NCBI RefSeq assembly: GCF_009834535.1
Contig: NC_045696.1
Span: 13,456,001 to 13,520,000 of the forward strand
Reading direction: 5' to 3'
Source: Camelus ferus
Taxonomy: Eukaryota
Length of the DNA stretch: 64,000 nucleotides
The position numbers were made by a program, and so were the translations under genes. Below are positions 13,459 to 24,990 of the stretch, in pieces. The stretch's first letter is position 1. Each line of letters begins with the position of its first letter. A model generated the notes under the pieces. That model ran no database searches. It saw only the letters and a program-made list of their open reading frames with translations, and was not told the origin of the DNA.

Positions 13459-14189
13459 TTGGGGTTCTTGGAGTGGTCAGAGGGAGGAGGAGAGAGGTGG
13501 GAAGTCGCTCCAGAGAATAGAGGCATGCAGGGAGATCACAAAGGACCTTATAGGTCACTGTCAAGGACGGAAAATGAATGGCAGGGAAGGTCATATATAA
13601 AAGAGTGAAAAAAATGTTTTCTATTTCTTTTCAATTGCATTCAGAATCTTGTTCATGATGGTTCAAGAATCCCAGGAAAGATGTCAGTCTAGTTAGCTTT
13701 CCCCAGCCATGTTCACACTTCTGGTCATTCCTTTCCCTCTCCATTGATCAGAATTAAATAGTCTAGGGGGTCAATCCTTTACAATCTTGCTAAGAAATTT
13801 GCTTATTTAACTGATGTAAAAATGCATATGAAGGTGTTAAGGGTTTAATAATGCTTCACCCAGTGATATTTGCATCTTAGAGGAAAGCCTCCTGGAGAAT
13901 GACTTTTTAAATTGATTTTTGAATTTAAAAAGTAAATTATTAGCTTGAGAACTGAAGTCATTTTAACAGGCCAGGGCATGAACTATTTCAGGTACCTGGG
14001 TCTTTTCAAGACTTGAACTTGGGTTCTGGATCTAAACAAATATTAAAACTAAAATCCTATGATGACTCACTGTCTTTAGGGCTGGAGAAGCATTGGTGAG
14101 AAAGATGAGTCTTGACTTTCACCAAACTATTTTCTTATAGAATTAAAGAGACACAAAATAAAGTAGTAAAATAAAAGAGAATAATGTTA

Positions 14190-15330
14190 GTTATTGGTAG
14201 GCACTATTGAGACATTTGAAATACGGGGATACACTAGACAGTCTGCCTGCAACTTTACATGGGCAACTAAGAAAAGCTTTTACCAAGAAGTGATATTTAA
14301 GCTGAGATCTGAATGAAGAGAAGGAATAGGAGAAAGAGCTTTCCAGCAGAGGAAATAACTAGACCAAAGGTAACAATAAACTTGACACGAGGAAAAGAAA
14401 AACAAAAAAAGCCAGTGCCTCAGGCCAAGTAAATTATATAGTCAGTGGGGAAATGTAGTCAGAAAAGTAGGCAGAGGCCAGGAGGGCTTGGCAATCTATG
14501 ATAAGGTATTTGGGTTTTTTTTCACTCTGTAATGGGTACTCAAAGGAGGGTTTTAAGAAGGGAAGTTAGATGTTCTAATTTGTGTTCTTGAAATATCATA
14601 GTTAGGGATTAAGAATATGTCACCTGGGGGAACAGGCATAAGAAAGAGACTTAGACCAGTAAGAGACGAAGGTGGTAGTGAAAGTAATATGAAGTGGACT
14701 TGACTGGGGATAATTTTTGGAGACCAAGTCAGTAGGATTTTCCAATGGATGAGATGTGAGTTTTGAAGACTAGAACAGAATCAAGAGTAGCTCCTAAAAT
14801 TTTGGTTTAAACAGCCAGATGGTTTAGGATACATTTAGTGAAGTGGGAGAACACATCTGGGGAGAAAAGCAAGAGTTCAGTCTTGGAAATGTTAAGTTCT
14901 GATTCGTGTGTGGACATTGAATAGAGACGTCAAGTTGGCCATCAAGTACACAAGTCTGGATTTCTTGGAAGAGGTCGAGACTGAGTTACAGATTAAAAGT
15001 CAGCAGCAGTGGCTGGTATTTAATATCATGGGACTGGGAAAGTCACTCAGAGAGGCTGCAAAGATGGAGACAAGTCCTCATGCCATGTCTGATCTACATC
15101 CAGAGATTACACAGAGGAAGGTGAGCCAGCAAGAGACTGAGAAAGGCAGGTAGCGATTTAAGAGGAAAATGATTAGCGTATAGTGTCAGAAAAATTAAAG
15201 AGAACAGAGCAGCCAATTATGTTGAAAGTTATGAGGAGTCAAGGGAAATAATAGAAAAGTGGCATTTGATTTGACTACATGACAGTTACATAGCCTCTCA
15301 AAAGTATGCAATGCCCCTTGTGTGCTGTAG
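14190..15330 (-). mobile_element. L2 LINE fragment
   Basis: Purine-rich antisense L2 motifs: gtgatatttaagctgagatctgaatga, caagagttcagtcttggaaatgttaagtt, gcatttgatttgactacatga. Confidence 0.8.
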
Positions 15331-15402
15331 ATGTACAACGAATGCTTGTGAATAAGGGAATTAAGGGCTGACCATAGCGATATACTTTTGCTAGGCTGTA
15401 AG

Positions 15403-16110
15403 TCATTCATTCTATTACTCTATACTCAAATATTTACATATCTCATCGTAAGTGCCAGACACTGTTTAAGCACAGGTGTAGAAATACAGACATGATGCTT
15501 GCTGCCTGGGAGCTTACATTCTAGTGAAGAAAGTTAGACAAGTCAAGTGACTCATAATTTATTTTCATATAATGATACATGCTATGATGAAAATAGAGTG
15601 AAGGAAGGCAGACTTCCTGAAGAGAGGGGAGTAGCTTACAGAAACCTCAGGAAAACAGAGGTCCTAAGGATGAGGCAGATGAACCTATGGAACACTGAAA
15701 GGAGTATTTTAGGCAAAATGAAGACAAAGTTTAAGGACTGAGGTTGGAGTGAATTTGTTGTGTTTGAGGAACTGCCGGGTGCTCATTGTTGATGGATGAA
15801 GAAATACCTGGGAGAGTATCATGAGACAAGGTGAGAGAGCTCAGTGAGGGACAGATGGTGCAGAATCATGGAAAGGATTTTGAATTTCATCATTCAAAGT
15901 GTAACTAGAAGTCATCAAGGGACTTTAAGCCTAGGGGGTATATGTACATGACCTTGTTTCAGTTTCAGAATACTGCACTAGTGCTGATGTAGATAATGGA
16001 TTATAAAGGGTGAGCAGCAATGTGGAAGCAGAGAGATCAATTAAAATGCTATTGCAGTGGTCCAAGCAAAAAAAAAGATGGTGGCTTGGAGTAAGGTGAC
16101 AAATGAGCAA
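15403..16110 (-). mobile_element. L2 LINE 3' fragment
   Basis: Starts at the antisense L2 tail (tcattcatt...caaatattta...gtgccagacactgt). Contains gagcttacattctagtg and gctattgcagtggtccaagc. Confidence 0.8.
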
Positions 16111-17452
16111 AGTGGTAAATGACAGAGTGGGGACTCCCACAGTGGGCCTGACTTCAAAACTACATTCTTTTCCATTGTTTCACACCATCTTTCAAGCTCA
16201 GTGATCCATCACAATTTGGCAATAATTTAGGAGTCTGTTCTGTAGGCATGCCAAGTCACCAAGAAATTTCTCCTGCAACAATACATAAATGTGACAAGCT
16301 TGGCATTTGTGTAAGAATTTTCCATCAGGTCTATCTGGGAAATAAAAATAGTTAAAACACAAATAGGAACAACTTAAAGACTTAGCTGGGTATTTATGAA
16401 ATTTTTTGCCAGATTTCTAGAAGAAACCTGACAGAGTCTTCCCTTTCTAGAAGACGTTTATCCAACAATAAATTACTTTTGTCTTTATTAAAAGCGTACA
16501 TTTTGCATTGAAAGCTTAAAGAACTAATGTTCCATAGTACAATGATAAATAACCTATTTTAATTATAAATTGACAAATAAATAATAATCTAATGATTATA
16601 TATTGCAATACATTTCTTTCTTTAGCTCTAACCTGGCTACTTATGAATCTAAGATTTGAGTAGTTGTGTTGACTCCAACCACAACCCCAAATTGCTAAAC
16701 GTATATCATCTCTTCTGACAATTTTTCAATTCTCAAAGAAAATAAAGACAACTAAATAACTGTCTCACTGCTCTCCTTGAGAGGCAGACAAAGGAGATGA
16801 CCCCCTTCTGACCCAAAAAGGCAATATTCTTCAACAGTGGCACCTTTGGGCCATGACAGTCTCCACTGCTCCTCCTTTGCCACATCTCTTTTTGTGGCAG
16901 CATCTCCCACGTCAGAGGCTCTCTTGGAGCCTCTTAATGGTAGCACTTAGCAGTTGAACCTGTCAGCTCTGGTTTCTGCAGGAAGTGACTTCCCAGGGGT
17001 TGCTCCTGTGGAGTCTCAGTCTTATTTCCACTCACTGCTGGAAAAATACCTAAGTCTCCCGATGGTACTTAGACTGTTCAGTTCTAAAGTATCAGGGCAG
17101 TTCACAGCACCTGCCCTCGGAATAGCTTCATGAAGAGAACCTTGTTTAAGGAGTGACGGATCTGCAGGAAAGAAGCAGCCAGCTTCAAGAGACACCGTGT
17201 CATGCCAAGTCATACTTGCAGCTCTGCTCAGAGGCAGAATCTAGCCCTTGGTTGGTACAAAAGTTCATTCTCCTTAAGGGAGATTTACTGCTGTAGAAAA
17301 GTCCTGTATTTTATCCTAGCAATATCAGAACTCATGCAGTCAAGGGACCAAACCTACAATTTCCTCTTTGCATAACTCCCATGGGATCAAGGGATGCTAG
17401 CCACAGCTTTGGCCACCCAAAACTTGCTCAAGAGAGCGATACAAACCAAACC

Positions 17453-17880
17453 TGCCATTTTCAGCAACATGGATGCTCCTGGAGAATGTCATTCTAAGTG
17501 AAGTAAGCCAGAAAGAGAAAGAAAAATACCATATGAGATCGCTCATATGTGGAATCTAAACAAAACAAAACAAAACAAAAACAAAAAAACAAAGCATAAA
17601 TACAGAAATAGACTCATAGACATAGAATACAAACTTGTGGTTGCCAAGGGGGTGGAGGGTGGGAAGGGATAGACGGGATTTCAAAATTGTAGAATAGATA
17701 AACAAGATTATATAGTATAGCACAGGGAAATATACACAAGATCTTATGGTAGCTCACAGAGAAAGAAATGTGACAATGAATATATATATGTTCATGTATA
17801 ACTGAAAATTGTGCTCTACACTGGAATTTGACACAACATTGTAAAATTATTATAAATCAATAAAAAATTTTAAAAAAATA
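17453..17880 (+). mobile_element. Young L1 3' end (~430 bp), same subfamily as 7225-10329
   Basis: Near-identical to the reverse complement of ~7231-7645 (ggatgctcctggagaatgtcattctaagtgaagtaagccagaaagagaaag...tataaatcaataaaaa). No TSD visible. Confidence 0.96.
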
Positions 17881-18154
17881 AGGAAGAAAGTAGGAGACTG
17901 CCCTGAAAGTGTTTGAATGTGGAAGGCACTTTTGTCCCCTCACACTGTGAAGGTGGAATGGAAGGCTTCCTTCAAGTTCAACAGTGATGCTCTTGGCTAG
18001 CTGACATCAAAGGCAGGGCATGAGACTGAAAAGGATGGTTTTGATTTGTCAGCACCGTGCAAGCATCATCTAAGACCCTAATTCTCGGCTGACACTATTA
18101 TCCCATTGTGCCTTAGAGTTTTGGAATTTTCATGGTGTTTTGAAATTTGTCATC

Positions 18155-18378
18155 ATACAGAACAGAGTTTGAATTCTGCCTCTGCTCTTTTCTAACTGGG
18201 AGAGTTAAGCCAGGTATCATAACTTCTGAATATCTCGACTTTTTTTTTCTGTGTTGTGAAAATAATGACAACTAACCCATGTGGTAGTTGTGAGAGGTAA
18301 ATGAGGTACCATTTAGAAAGCACCCACTGCTCACCATGGCGCACTGTGGGTATTCAATAGACAGCAGTGGTTATTATA
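18155..18378 (+). mobile_element. MIR SINE
   Basis: gagtttgaattctgcctctgc...gtagttgtgagaggtaaatgag...tattcaatagacagcagtggttattat. Confidence 0.75.
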
Positions 18379-19094
18379 TAGTTCTCTTCATTCACAAAGG
18401 GAGAAATTGTGGTACATAAAGGAAAATCACTTGATGTCTCATGAAGGCATGTTGTGAGTCAAAGAATAAGAATCAAGGACTTCTAATATTTGCTCCGGGC
18501 CAGGGCTTGTTAAGAGACCGATTGCATACAAGTGAGATGCGCTGGTGTCTAAATGATCCTTCCAGTCAGCACAGGGACTCCAGAGAAAATGAGAGGCTGT
18601 TTACTCAAGTTCTTTGACTGCTGGAAACCTCTCAGCTGCAGCTTGAGAGCCTTGGGCACAGTTACAGGCTGCTGCTGTCACTGCCAACTTGGGGAAGCAA
18701 CAGCACAATTGGTCTGTCTCTTGCTGTCTTTTGGCTCAAGACAAGAAAGATGGAGAATGCCCACCTGCAGGGAGAACAGAGAGTCAAGGAGACAGAGTCT
18801 GGCTCATAGGAAACTCACATGCCCCTCTCACCAGCTCTGTTCCCATTGTTGGTCTACTGCCTTTTCACATGAGCCCTGCTCTTGAATAATTGAAACCACA
18901 AAGGTCAAATTATGTCCAACCCCACATAGTGCCTGGGTCTTTAGTACGGAAATTACTCCTTGACAAAAGCTTTGATGTTTTTGATTGCTTTTAGTGTAAA
19001 GCTTGTAGCTGAATCATTGGTGTGATTTGGAGTTGAGGAGGAAGGTAATAATTGCACCTTAGACCCTCAAAGATTTACATAATTTAGAATTTAA

Positions 19095-19502
19095 AAATTT
19101 TAGAGTAAGAAAGGGAGTCTCGGAGATCATCTAGACCTGCACTGTCCAACATGGTAGCCACTAGCCTCCTGCGGCTCTGGAGCACCGGAAACACAGCTGG
19201 TCCAGATCGAGTGCAGTATGGGTGGAAGATGTGAATTTTGAAAACCTAGTAGAAAAGTAGGAAAATATTGATATTTAACATGATCACATGTTGAAAATGA
19301 TAATATTTTGGATATAATGGGCTAGTAAAACATGTTATAAAATGTATTTCACCTTTTTCTTTTTGCTTCTTTCAACGTGGTTACTAGAAAATCTAAAATT
19401 ACATATGTAACTCACTTTTCTGGTTTGTACAATATTAAACAATGCTGCTCTAGACCCAAGCCCACACTTTATAGATGAGGAAACTGAGGCCCAGAGACGT
19501 GA
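19095..19502 (-). mobile_element. MIR SINE interrupted by MER33
   Basis: The left piece ttttagagtaagaaagggagtctcggagatcatctag joins the right piece cccaagcccacactttatagatgaggaaactgaggcccagaga (antisense MIR core). Confidence 0.8.
19137..19447 (-). mobile_element. MER33 (hAT-Charlie) with 8-bp TSD
   Basis: ctgcactgtccaacatggtagccactagcc...gtggttactagaaaatctaaaattacatatgt matches MER33. TSD atctagac (19129-19136) / ctctagac (19448-19455) fits the Charlie NTCTAGAN target. Confidence 0.9.
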
Positions 19503-19754
19503 TCTCCAGCATCATACATGGTGTTTTACAAATGTTCTGCTAGGCTAGATGACCACTTCATTTATGTTATAAACTAGTTATCACATTATTTTCATAATTT
19601 CATAATTTTTTTTCTTAGTGTTCATGTGTTTGGCTGTGCATAAAATTATTGAGAAGCATGTAAAATGCCATCCACAACAAGTTAAAAAATTAAGACACCT
19701 GTACTAGAATTTATACTTTGTTTTATCTTTTATTCATAATTTTAAACTCATTGA

Positions 19755-20555
19755 TTTTTAACTGACAATTTTATTAAGATCATTGTAGTTTTACATTTAG
19801 TTGTAAGAAATAATACAGAATTCTCTTGTACGTTTTGTGCAATTCTCTACAATGGTAACATTTTGTAAAACCATGGTATAGTGTCTCAACCAGAATATTG
19901 ACGTTGGTACATTATACCAATTTTATTCAGGTTTCCTCCATTTTGCTTGAATTTAATTTCATGTGTTTGTGTGTGTTCATTTTTTAACAATTTTATCACC
20001 CGTGTAGGTTGTGTGTCCACTGTGGCAGTCAAGATACTGAGTGGTTCCAACAGCACAAGGATCCCTCCTGTTGCCCTTTCATAACTACATCAACCTCACT
20101 CCTGCCCCTTCCACTCCCTTCCCTGGCACTATTTAGAGTAATTCTTCTCACTCCATTTTTCTTTGTCAAATTGTTTTAGCTACTCTAGGTCTTGTTTTTT
20201 CCCATGTAAATTTTAGAATAAACTTGTCTAGATCTAAAAATGAAAATCCTGGTGAAATTTTCATTGAAATTACACTAGACCTACATATCAATTTAGGAAG
20301 AACTGAAAATTTTACTATTATTTTGAGTCGTCCATTCCATGAACCCATTATCGTCCTCCATTTGTTTGGTCTTCTTTGGTTTCTTTCATCAGCATTTTGT
20401 AATTGCCAGCATGGACATCCTGCACATGGTTTGCTGAAGCATGTATGTAAGTATTTCACTTCCATGGAGCAATTGTAAAGGGTATTGTGTTTTTAATTTT
20501 AGTTCTATATGCCCATTGTTAGTGTATTGAGATATGATAGATAATTGTGTATGTT
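19755..20555 (-). mobile_element. L1MC1-like ancient L1 (3' UTR joined to an ORF2 piece)
   Basis: gttgtaagaaataatacaga...aatggtaacattttgtaaaac...caaccagaatattgac matches the L1MC 3' end. ORF 20166-20465 (KFSVLPKLICR...LDKFILKFTW) is decayed ORF2. Confidence 0.85.
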
Positions 20556-20865
20556 CCTTTGTTTACTGTAAGAAACTGACTGACAGGCAGTGATAAACAA
20601 ACATTCAGGGAATGCCTTGTACTTTTAATAAACTCCTTGATTGTAAAGACAAATGAGTCAAATGTCCCCTAGGCAGAATGTTTATATTTATACAACTATC
20701 CAGGGTCTGAAATAGAAGATTTATGTGCTATACTAAGCACATAGTAAAACTGATTACCCAGTAGGTGAATTTATGACAACATAGAGCTTAACGCTGATCT
20801 GCTGGCAGGATTCCAATGATGATGGACAACTATATAAAGGAATATATTCCAGTGGTGATGGACAT

Positions 20866-20930
20866 TCTCTCTCTCTCTCTAAATGTGTGTGTGTGTGTAT
20901 ATATATATATATTTATATATATATATGTAT
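20866..20930 (+). repeat. Compound (TC)n-(TG)n-(TA)n microsatellite
   Basis: Read directly. Confidence 0.95.
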
Positions 20931-21029
20931 TGAAATGTTCCACACATAAGGGACCATAAAACTATTTTGTTATTGTTTTTGTAAATCATAGTTTGAGATT
21001 TTAATACCTGAACATCATGTGTAATGATT

Positions 21030-21190
21030 TCCACACATTGATCTGGATAAGCATCAATGGGGCACTTTTATAAAAATGCTAATTCTTGGGCTCAATTGCT
21101 AGATATTCTGATTCAGTAAGTCTAGAATGAAGGTCCAAAATCACATATTTCACTGCACCCCAAAGTGTGTGCTTGCTCAGAATTGCCCAG
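21030..21190. mobile_element. MER5-like hAT fragment
   Basis: aaaaatgctaattcttgggctc...agatattctgattcagtaagtctagaatgaaggtcca resembles the MER5 core. Confidence 0.55.
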
Positions 21191-22161
21191 AATTTTGTAA
21201 AATCAATGTGTGCTTTATGAGTTAAATAAACAAATACTATACACTTATTGTACAAAAGAGAAATTTCCTATCTACCTTCCAGACTCCCAGATTCTGTTCC
21301 TTAGATCATTTACTTTTAACTCTTAGCTATTTCATTTGGTAGGTACACATATTTCTAAATATTATGTTTATGCTACTATGTCTTGTTTTTCTTTGACATT
21401 GTCTCTTATGAAAAAGGAAGATATAGCTCACTTAGAAACCACTGACATATTTTTTTCTAATACCCCTGTTATTCTTCTACAGTTGTTTCATCACAATTTA
21501 AAAAACAAAAACAAAAAACCAAGAGTGAGTGTTTTCACCATTACACTTGTTTAAATACTGCTCACAGCTGAAGCATGTAATGAACTATTTCTCACATGAC
21601 TCTTTTTTCTGGAGGTCATAATTTTTTCATTTGTTTAGTTTTGTACAGACAGCTGTCACACATTCTTCCCCCTCTCTCTCACAGAATTGCACAATCTTTT
21701 TCAATAAAGTTGAGCACATGAAATAATTAGCTCTGTTTTTCCCTGTGGAGACACCATGGCTATATCCTTTCACCCTCTTGTCCCAACATGAAAGAGTTGC
21801 TCTCAAGGTCTGCCATGTCACTAAAGGTTCGCTTCAACATTATTTTGAAGATTCTCTTCACTGCTCTCCTTTACGTGGATCTTCCTTCATTTCGGTGAAG
21901 TTTATTCAACAGAAGTTTTCTGAGATGGGGTGCATTTAAAGTATATTTTTGAGACCACGTATTTGTGACATTGTCTTTATTTTGTCATCACGCTTGACTG
22001 AAAGCTAAACTTACTACGAATATATGGATAAATATCATTTACAGTGAAAATTTTAAAGATAAGATTCCATTATTTTTTATTTTTCTTTGCCACAGGAAGT
22101 CTGATGTTATTCTGATTCCCAAGCATTGCATTCAGGACATTTTTTTACATTATTATTTTTT

Positions 22162-22948
22162 AACACTTTTTATTGATTTATAATCATTTTACAATGTTGT
22201 GTCAAATTCCAGTGCAGAGCACAATTTTTCAGTTATACATGAACTTACATATGTTCATTGTCACATTTTTTTCTCTGTGATAGCTGCTACCATAAGATCT
22301 TGTGTATATTTCCCTGTGCTATACTGTATAATCTTGTTTATCTATTCTACAATTTTGAAATCCCAGTCTAAACCTTCCCACCCTCTGCCCCCTTGGCAAC
22401 CACAAGTTTGTATTCTATGTCTATGAGTCTGTTTCTGTTTTGTATTTATGCTTTGTTTGTTTGTTTGTTTTAGATTCCTCATATGAGCAATCTCATATGG
22501 TATTTTTCTTTCTCTTTCTGGCTTACTTCACTTAGAATGACATTCTCCAGGAGCATCCATGCTGCTGCAAATGGCATTATGTTGTCAGTTTTTATGGCTG
22601 AGTAGTATTCCATTGTGTAAATATACCACCTTTTCTTTATCCAGTCATCCGTTGATGGACATTTAGGCTGTCTCCATGTCTTGGCTATTGTAAATAGTGC
22701 TGCTATGAACATCGGGGTGCAGGTGTCATCCTGAAGTAGGGTTCCTTCTGGATATATGCCCAGGAGCAGGATTCCTGGGTCATACGGTAAGTCTATTTCT
22801 AGTCTTTTGAGGAATCTCCACACTGTTTTCCACAGTGGCTGCACCAAACTGCATTCCCACCAGCAGTGTAGGAGGGTTCCCCTTTCTCCACAGCCTCTCC
22901 AGCATTTGTCATTTGTGGATTTTTGAATGATGGCCATTCTGACTGGAC
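22162..22948 (-). mobile_element. Young 5'-truncated L1 (~790 bp), same subfamily
   Basis: ORF 22479-22937 is the L1 ORF2 C-terminus and the 3' UTR is near-identical to the 7.2 kb copy. Perfect 11-bp TSD tattatttttt at 22151-22161 and 22949-22959. Confidence 0.97.
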
Positions 22949-23439
22949 TATTATTTTTTGATAATTTCCTTCACTCTGTTTTTCCTGAATTTTGACTTTC
23001 TAAATTGATCTCCAAAGCTTACCCTTTTCCCTCCATTTTCTATTTATTTACCTTTTTTGTTTGACTTTCTGAAAGAATTCTCAACTTCACCTTCTGGTTT
23101 TTGTATTAAGTTTTGTTTCAAGCATTGTAATTGTAACAACCAAAATTTATTTCTTATTCCTGTATTTTTAATCAAGAGCTTGTATTTATTTCATGGGATA
23201 TTAAGCATAACCGAATCTCCCTGAAGATATTAATAACAGTATAGTTTGAACTTTTCTCCTACTCTTTATACTGCTTTTATTTTCTTTACTTTTCCCTCTT
23301 CTTTTCTCATTTTGTTCTTTGTCTTTAATGTACAATTTTCCATTAGTGTCTATTGATCCTTTATTGTCCATTGTCCATTTTTACTGTCCATTATTCTTCA
23401 GCTCTGTGAGCCTGGGGCTTGGTGGACTTTCCTGGAAGG

Positions 23440-23669
23440 CAGTGCTTCTCAGCCCAAGGAGACTTTTCCCACAGGGAACATCTGGAACTATCTGACGACA
23501 GTTTTGATTATCATGGCTGGGTTGGGGGTGCCACTGACATCGGGTGTTCAGAGTCCAGGGATGTTTTTAAACATCCTACACTGCACAGGAAAGCCCGTAA
23601 CAGGAAAGCTCCCACAACAGAGAATTATCCAGCTCCAAATGTCAATAGAGCCACTGTTGATAAACCCTA
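23440..23669 (+). mobile_element. MER20 (hAT-Charlie)
   Basis: cagtgcttctcagcc...ccagggatgtttttaaacatcctacactgcacagga...gaattatccagctccaaatgtcaatag...gttgataaaccct. Carries a small internal duplication of acaggaaagc. Confidence 0.9.
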
Positions 23670-24184
23670 ATGTAGACTGATAAGGAGGAAGGTCTCAGGC
23701 ATTCTGTTGAGTTCTCCCTCATATTAGTGTTCATAGGACTTTATTTTCTTTGTGTCAGTTTTTATGAAGAATTCTCCAGACTCCTGTCTACCTTAGCTGA
23801 GTCTAATGATACTTTAGAAATGCTATTACAGTAGTACTACATAAAGCATATTAATATTCCATTTTAAATTTATGTACTATAATTCATTTCAAATATAATT
23901 GTTTATTGTAGATTTTTCTTCTCCACCCTTCTTTCCCTTCCCACTTCCAAATAAAAACAACTACACTCTGGACCTTTATTCATCTACTATTCTACATTTC
24001 CCAAAAGGATTCATAAATTCACTAACTTTGATCTTTTTTATTCCTGAAAACAATTTCATGCTATTTTTCAAAATAAATATGTAAAATTCCAGTTTCAACT
24101 TGAGAGGTAATAATCTGCCCTGTTAATGCTATCAATAAACACAATGAAGTTTTCCGGCATAATAAAGAGAAGCAGATTTCAGCA

Positions 24185-24990
24185 TGGATACATTTTGCAA
24201 ACATCTAGAACCTCAAATATCACCTAAATGAGGATATTGTTGTATAAACTATGGGGTATATGTGGGGAAAAAATAGTATTCAGCTCTTAACAATGGAGTT
24301 TTTAATGAATGACGTAGGAAATATGTATCATAATATTAAGTGAGAAGTGCAATGTAATATTATTATTATTTTTTCTTAGATTTTCTGAGAAGGCAGGTAA
24401 TTAGGTTTCATTTATTTATTTATTTTTGATGGAGGTACTGGGGATTGAATCCAGGACCTTATGCATGCTAAGCATGCACTCTACCACTGAGCTATGCCCT
24501 CTCCCCCCATGCAGTGTAATTTTGAAACACATTTTGGCAATGATTCTCAAAAGAAAATATGCTCTTATCCTTTGGTCCAGCTTTTCCACTCTTACAAATC
24601 TGAGAAATGGGCATGTTCCCACCACAATATGCAAATATATGTGTATAGAGATTTGCCATTGTTTGTGGTGGCTGACAAAATCTGGAAACAGCCAGAATGT
24701 GCTTTAGCTGGTGACTGGTTATGTAAAGCACACAAATCATGGTACTTGCACAGGACTCCCTACACCATGGTGATTTAGAATTTAGAAGGAGGAAGGTCAA
24801 CATGTGCTGAAAGGGGAGCACACTCCATGTTTGTAATAAGTGCCATAAGTTATTTTGCATTTTTTGTATTTGCTTTTAATTGCATAGAATATTTTTTCAA
24901 AAGGAAGTTCATGAAATTGTGCCCACTTTTATCTCTGAGGCATGAGAATAGGAGTTCGGAGGAGACAAAACTTCTACTTTTCAATTTAGT
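24185..24990 (+). mobile_element. Ancient L1ME-type 3' fragments (host of the SINE)
   Basis: attgtttgtggtggctgacaaaatctggaaacagccagaatgt and taaactatggggtata...taatattaagtgaga resemble L1ME 3' ends. Confidence 0.55.
24361..24508 (-). mobile_element. tRNA-Ala(AGC)-derived SINE, camelid vic-1 type
   Basis: Minus strand gggcaTAGCTCAGTGGtagagtgcatgcTTAGCATgcataaggtcctGGATTCAATCCccagtacctcc gives an A box, AGC anticodon loop and mutated B box, then an (aaat)n-aaacctaattacc tail. TSD tgcaatgtaat (24348-24358) / tgcagtgtaat (24510-24520). Confidence 0.92.

Larger units (their letters stand above)
21230..23790 (-). mobile_element. Ancient L1ME/HAL1-like fragment, host to the young L1 and MER20
   Basis: tgtctttattttgtcatcacgcttgactgaaag...gaagtctgatgttattctgattcc resembles the antisense ORF1 region of L1ME/HAL1. 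The T-rich skew continues on both sides of the inserts. Confidence 0.55.

Noticed and set aside
18553..18885. 110-aa Cys-rich ORF
   Set aside because: No recognisable family or convincing splice/Kozak context; this length is expected by chance in 64 kb.
24430..24505. tRNA-Ala gene
   Set aside because: The B box is mutated, and a SINE tail and TSD flank it, so it is a SINE rather than a tRNA gene.
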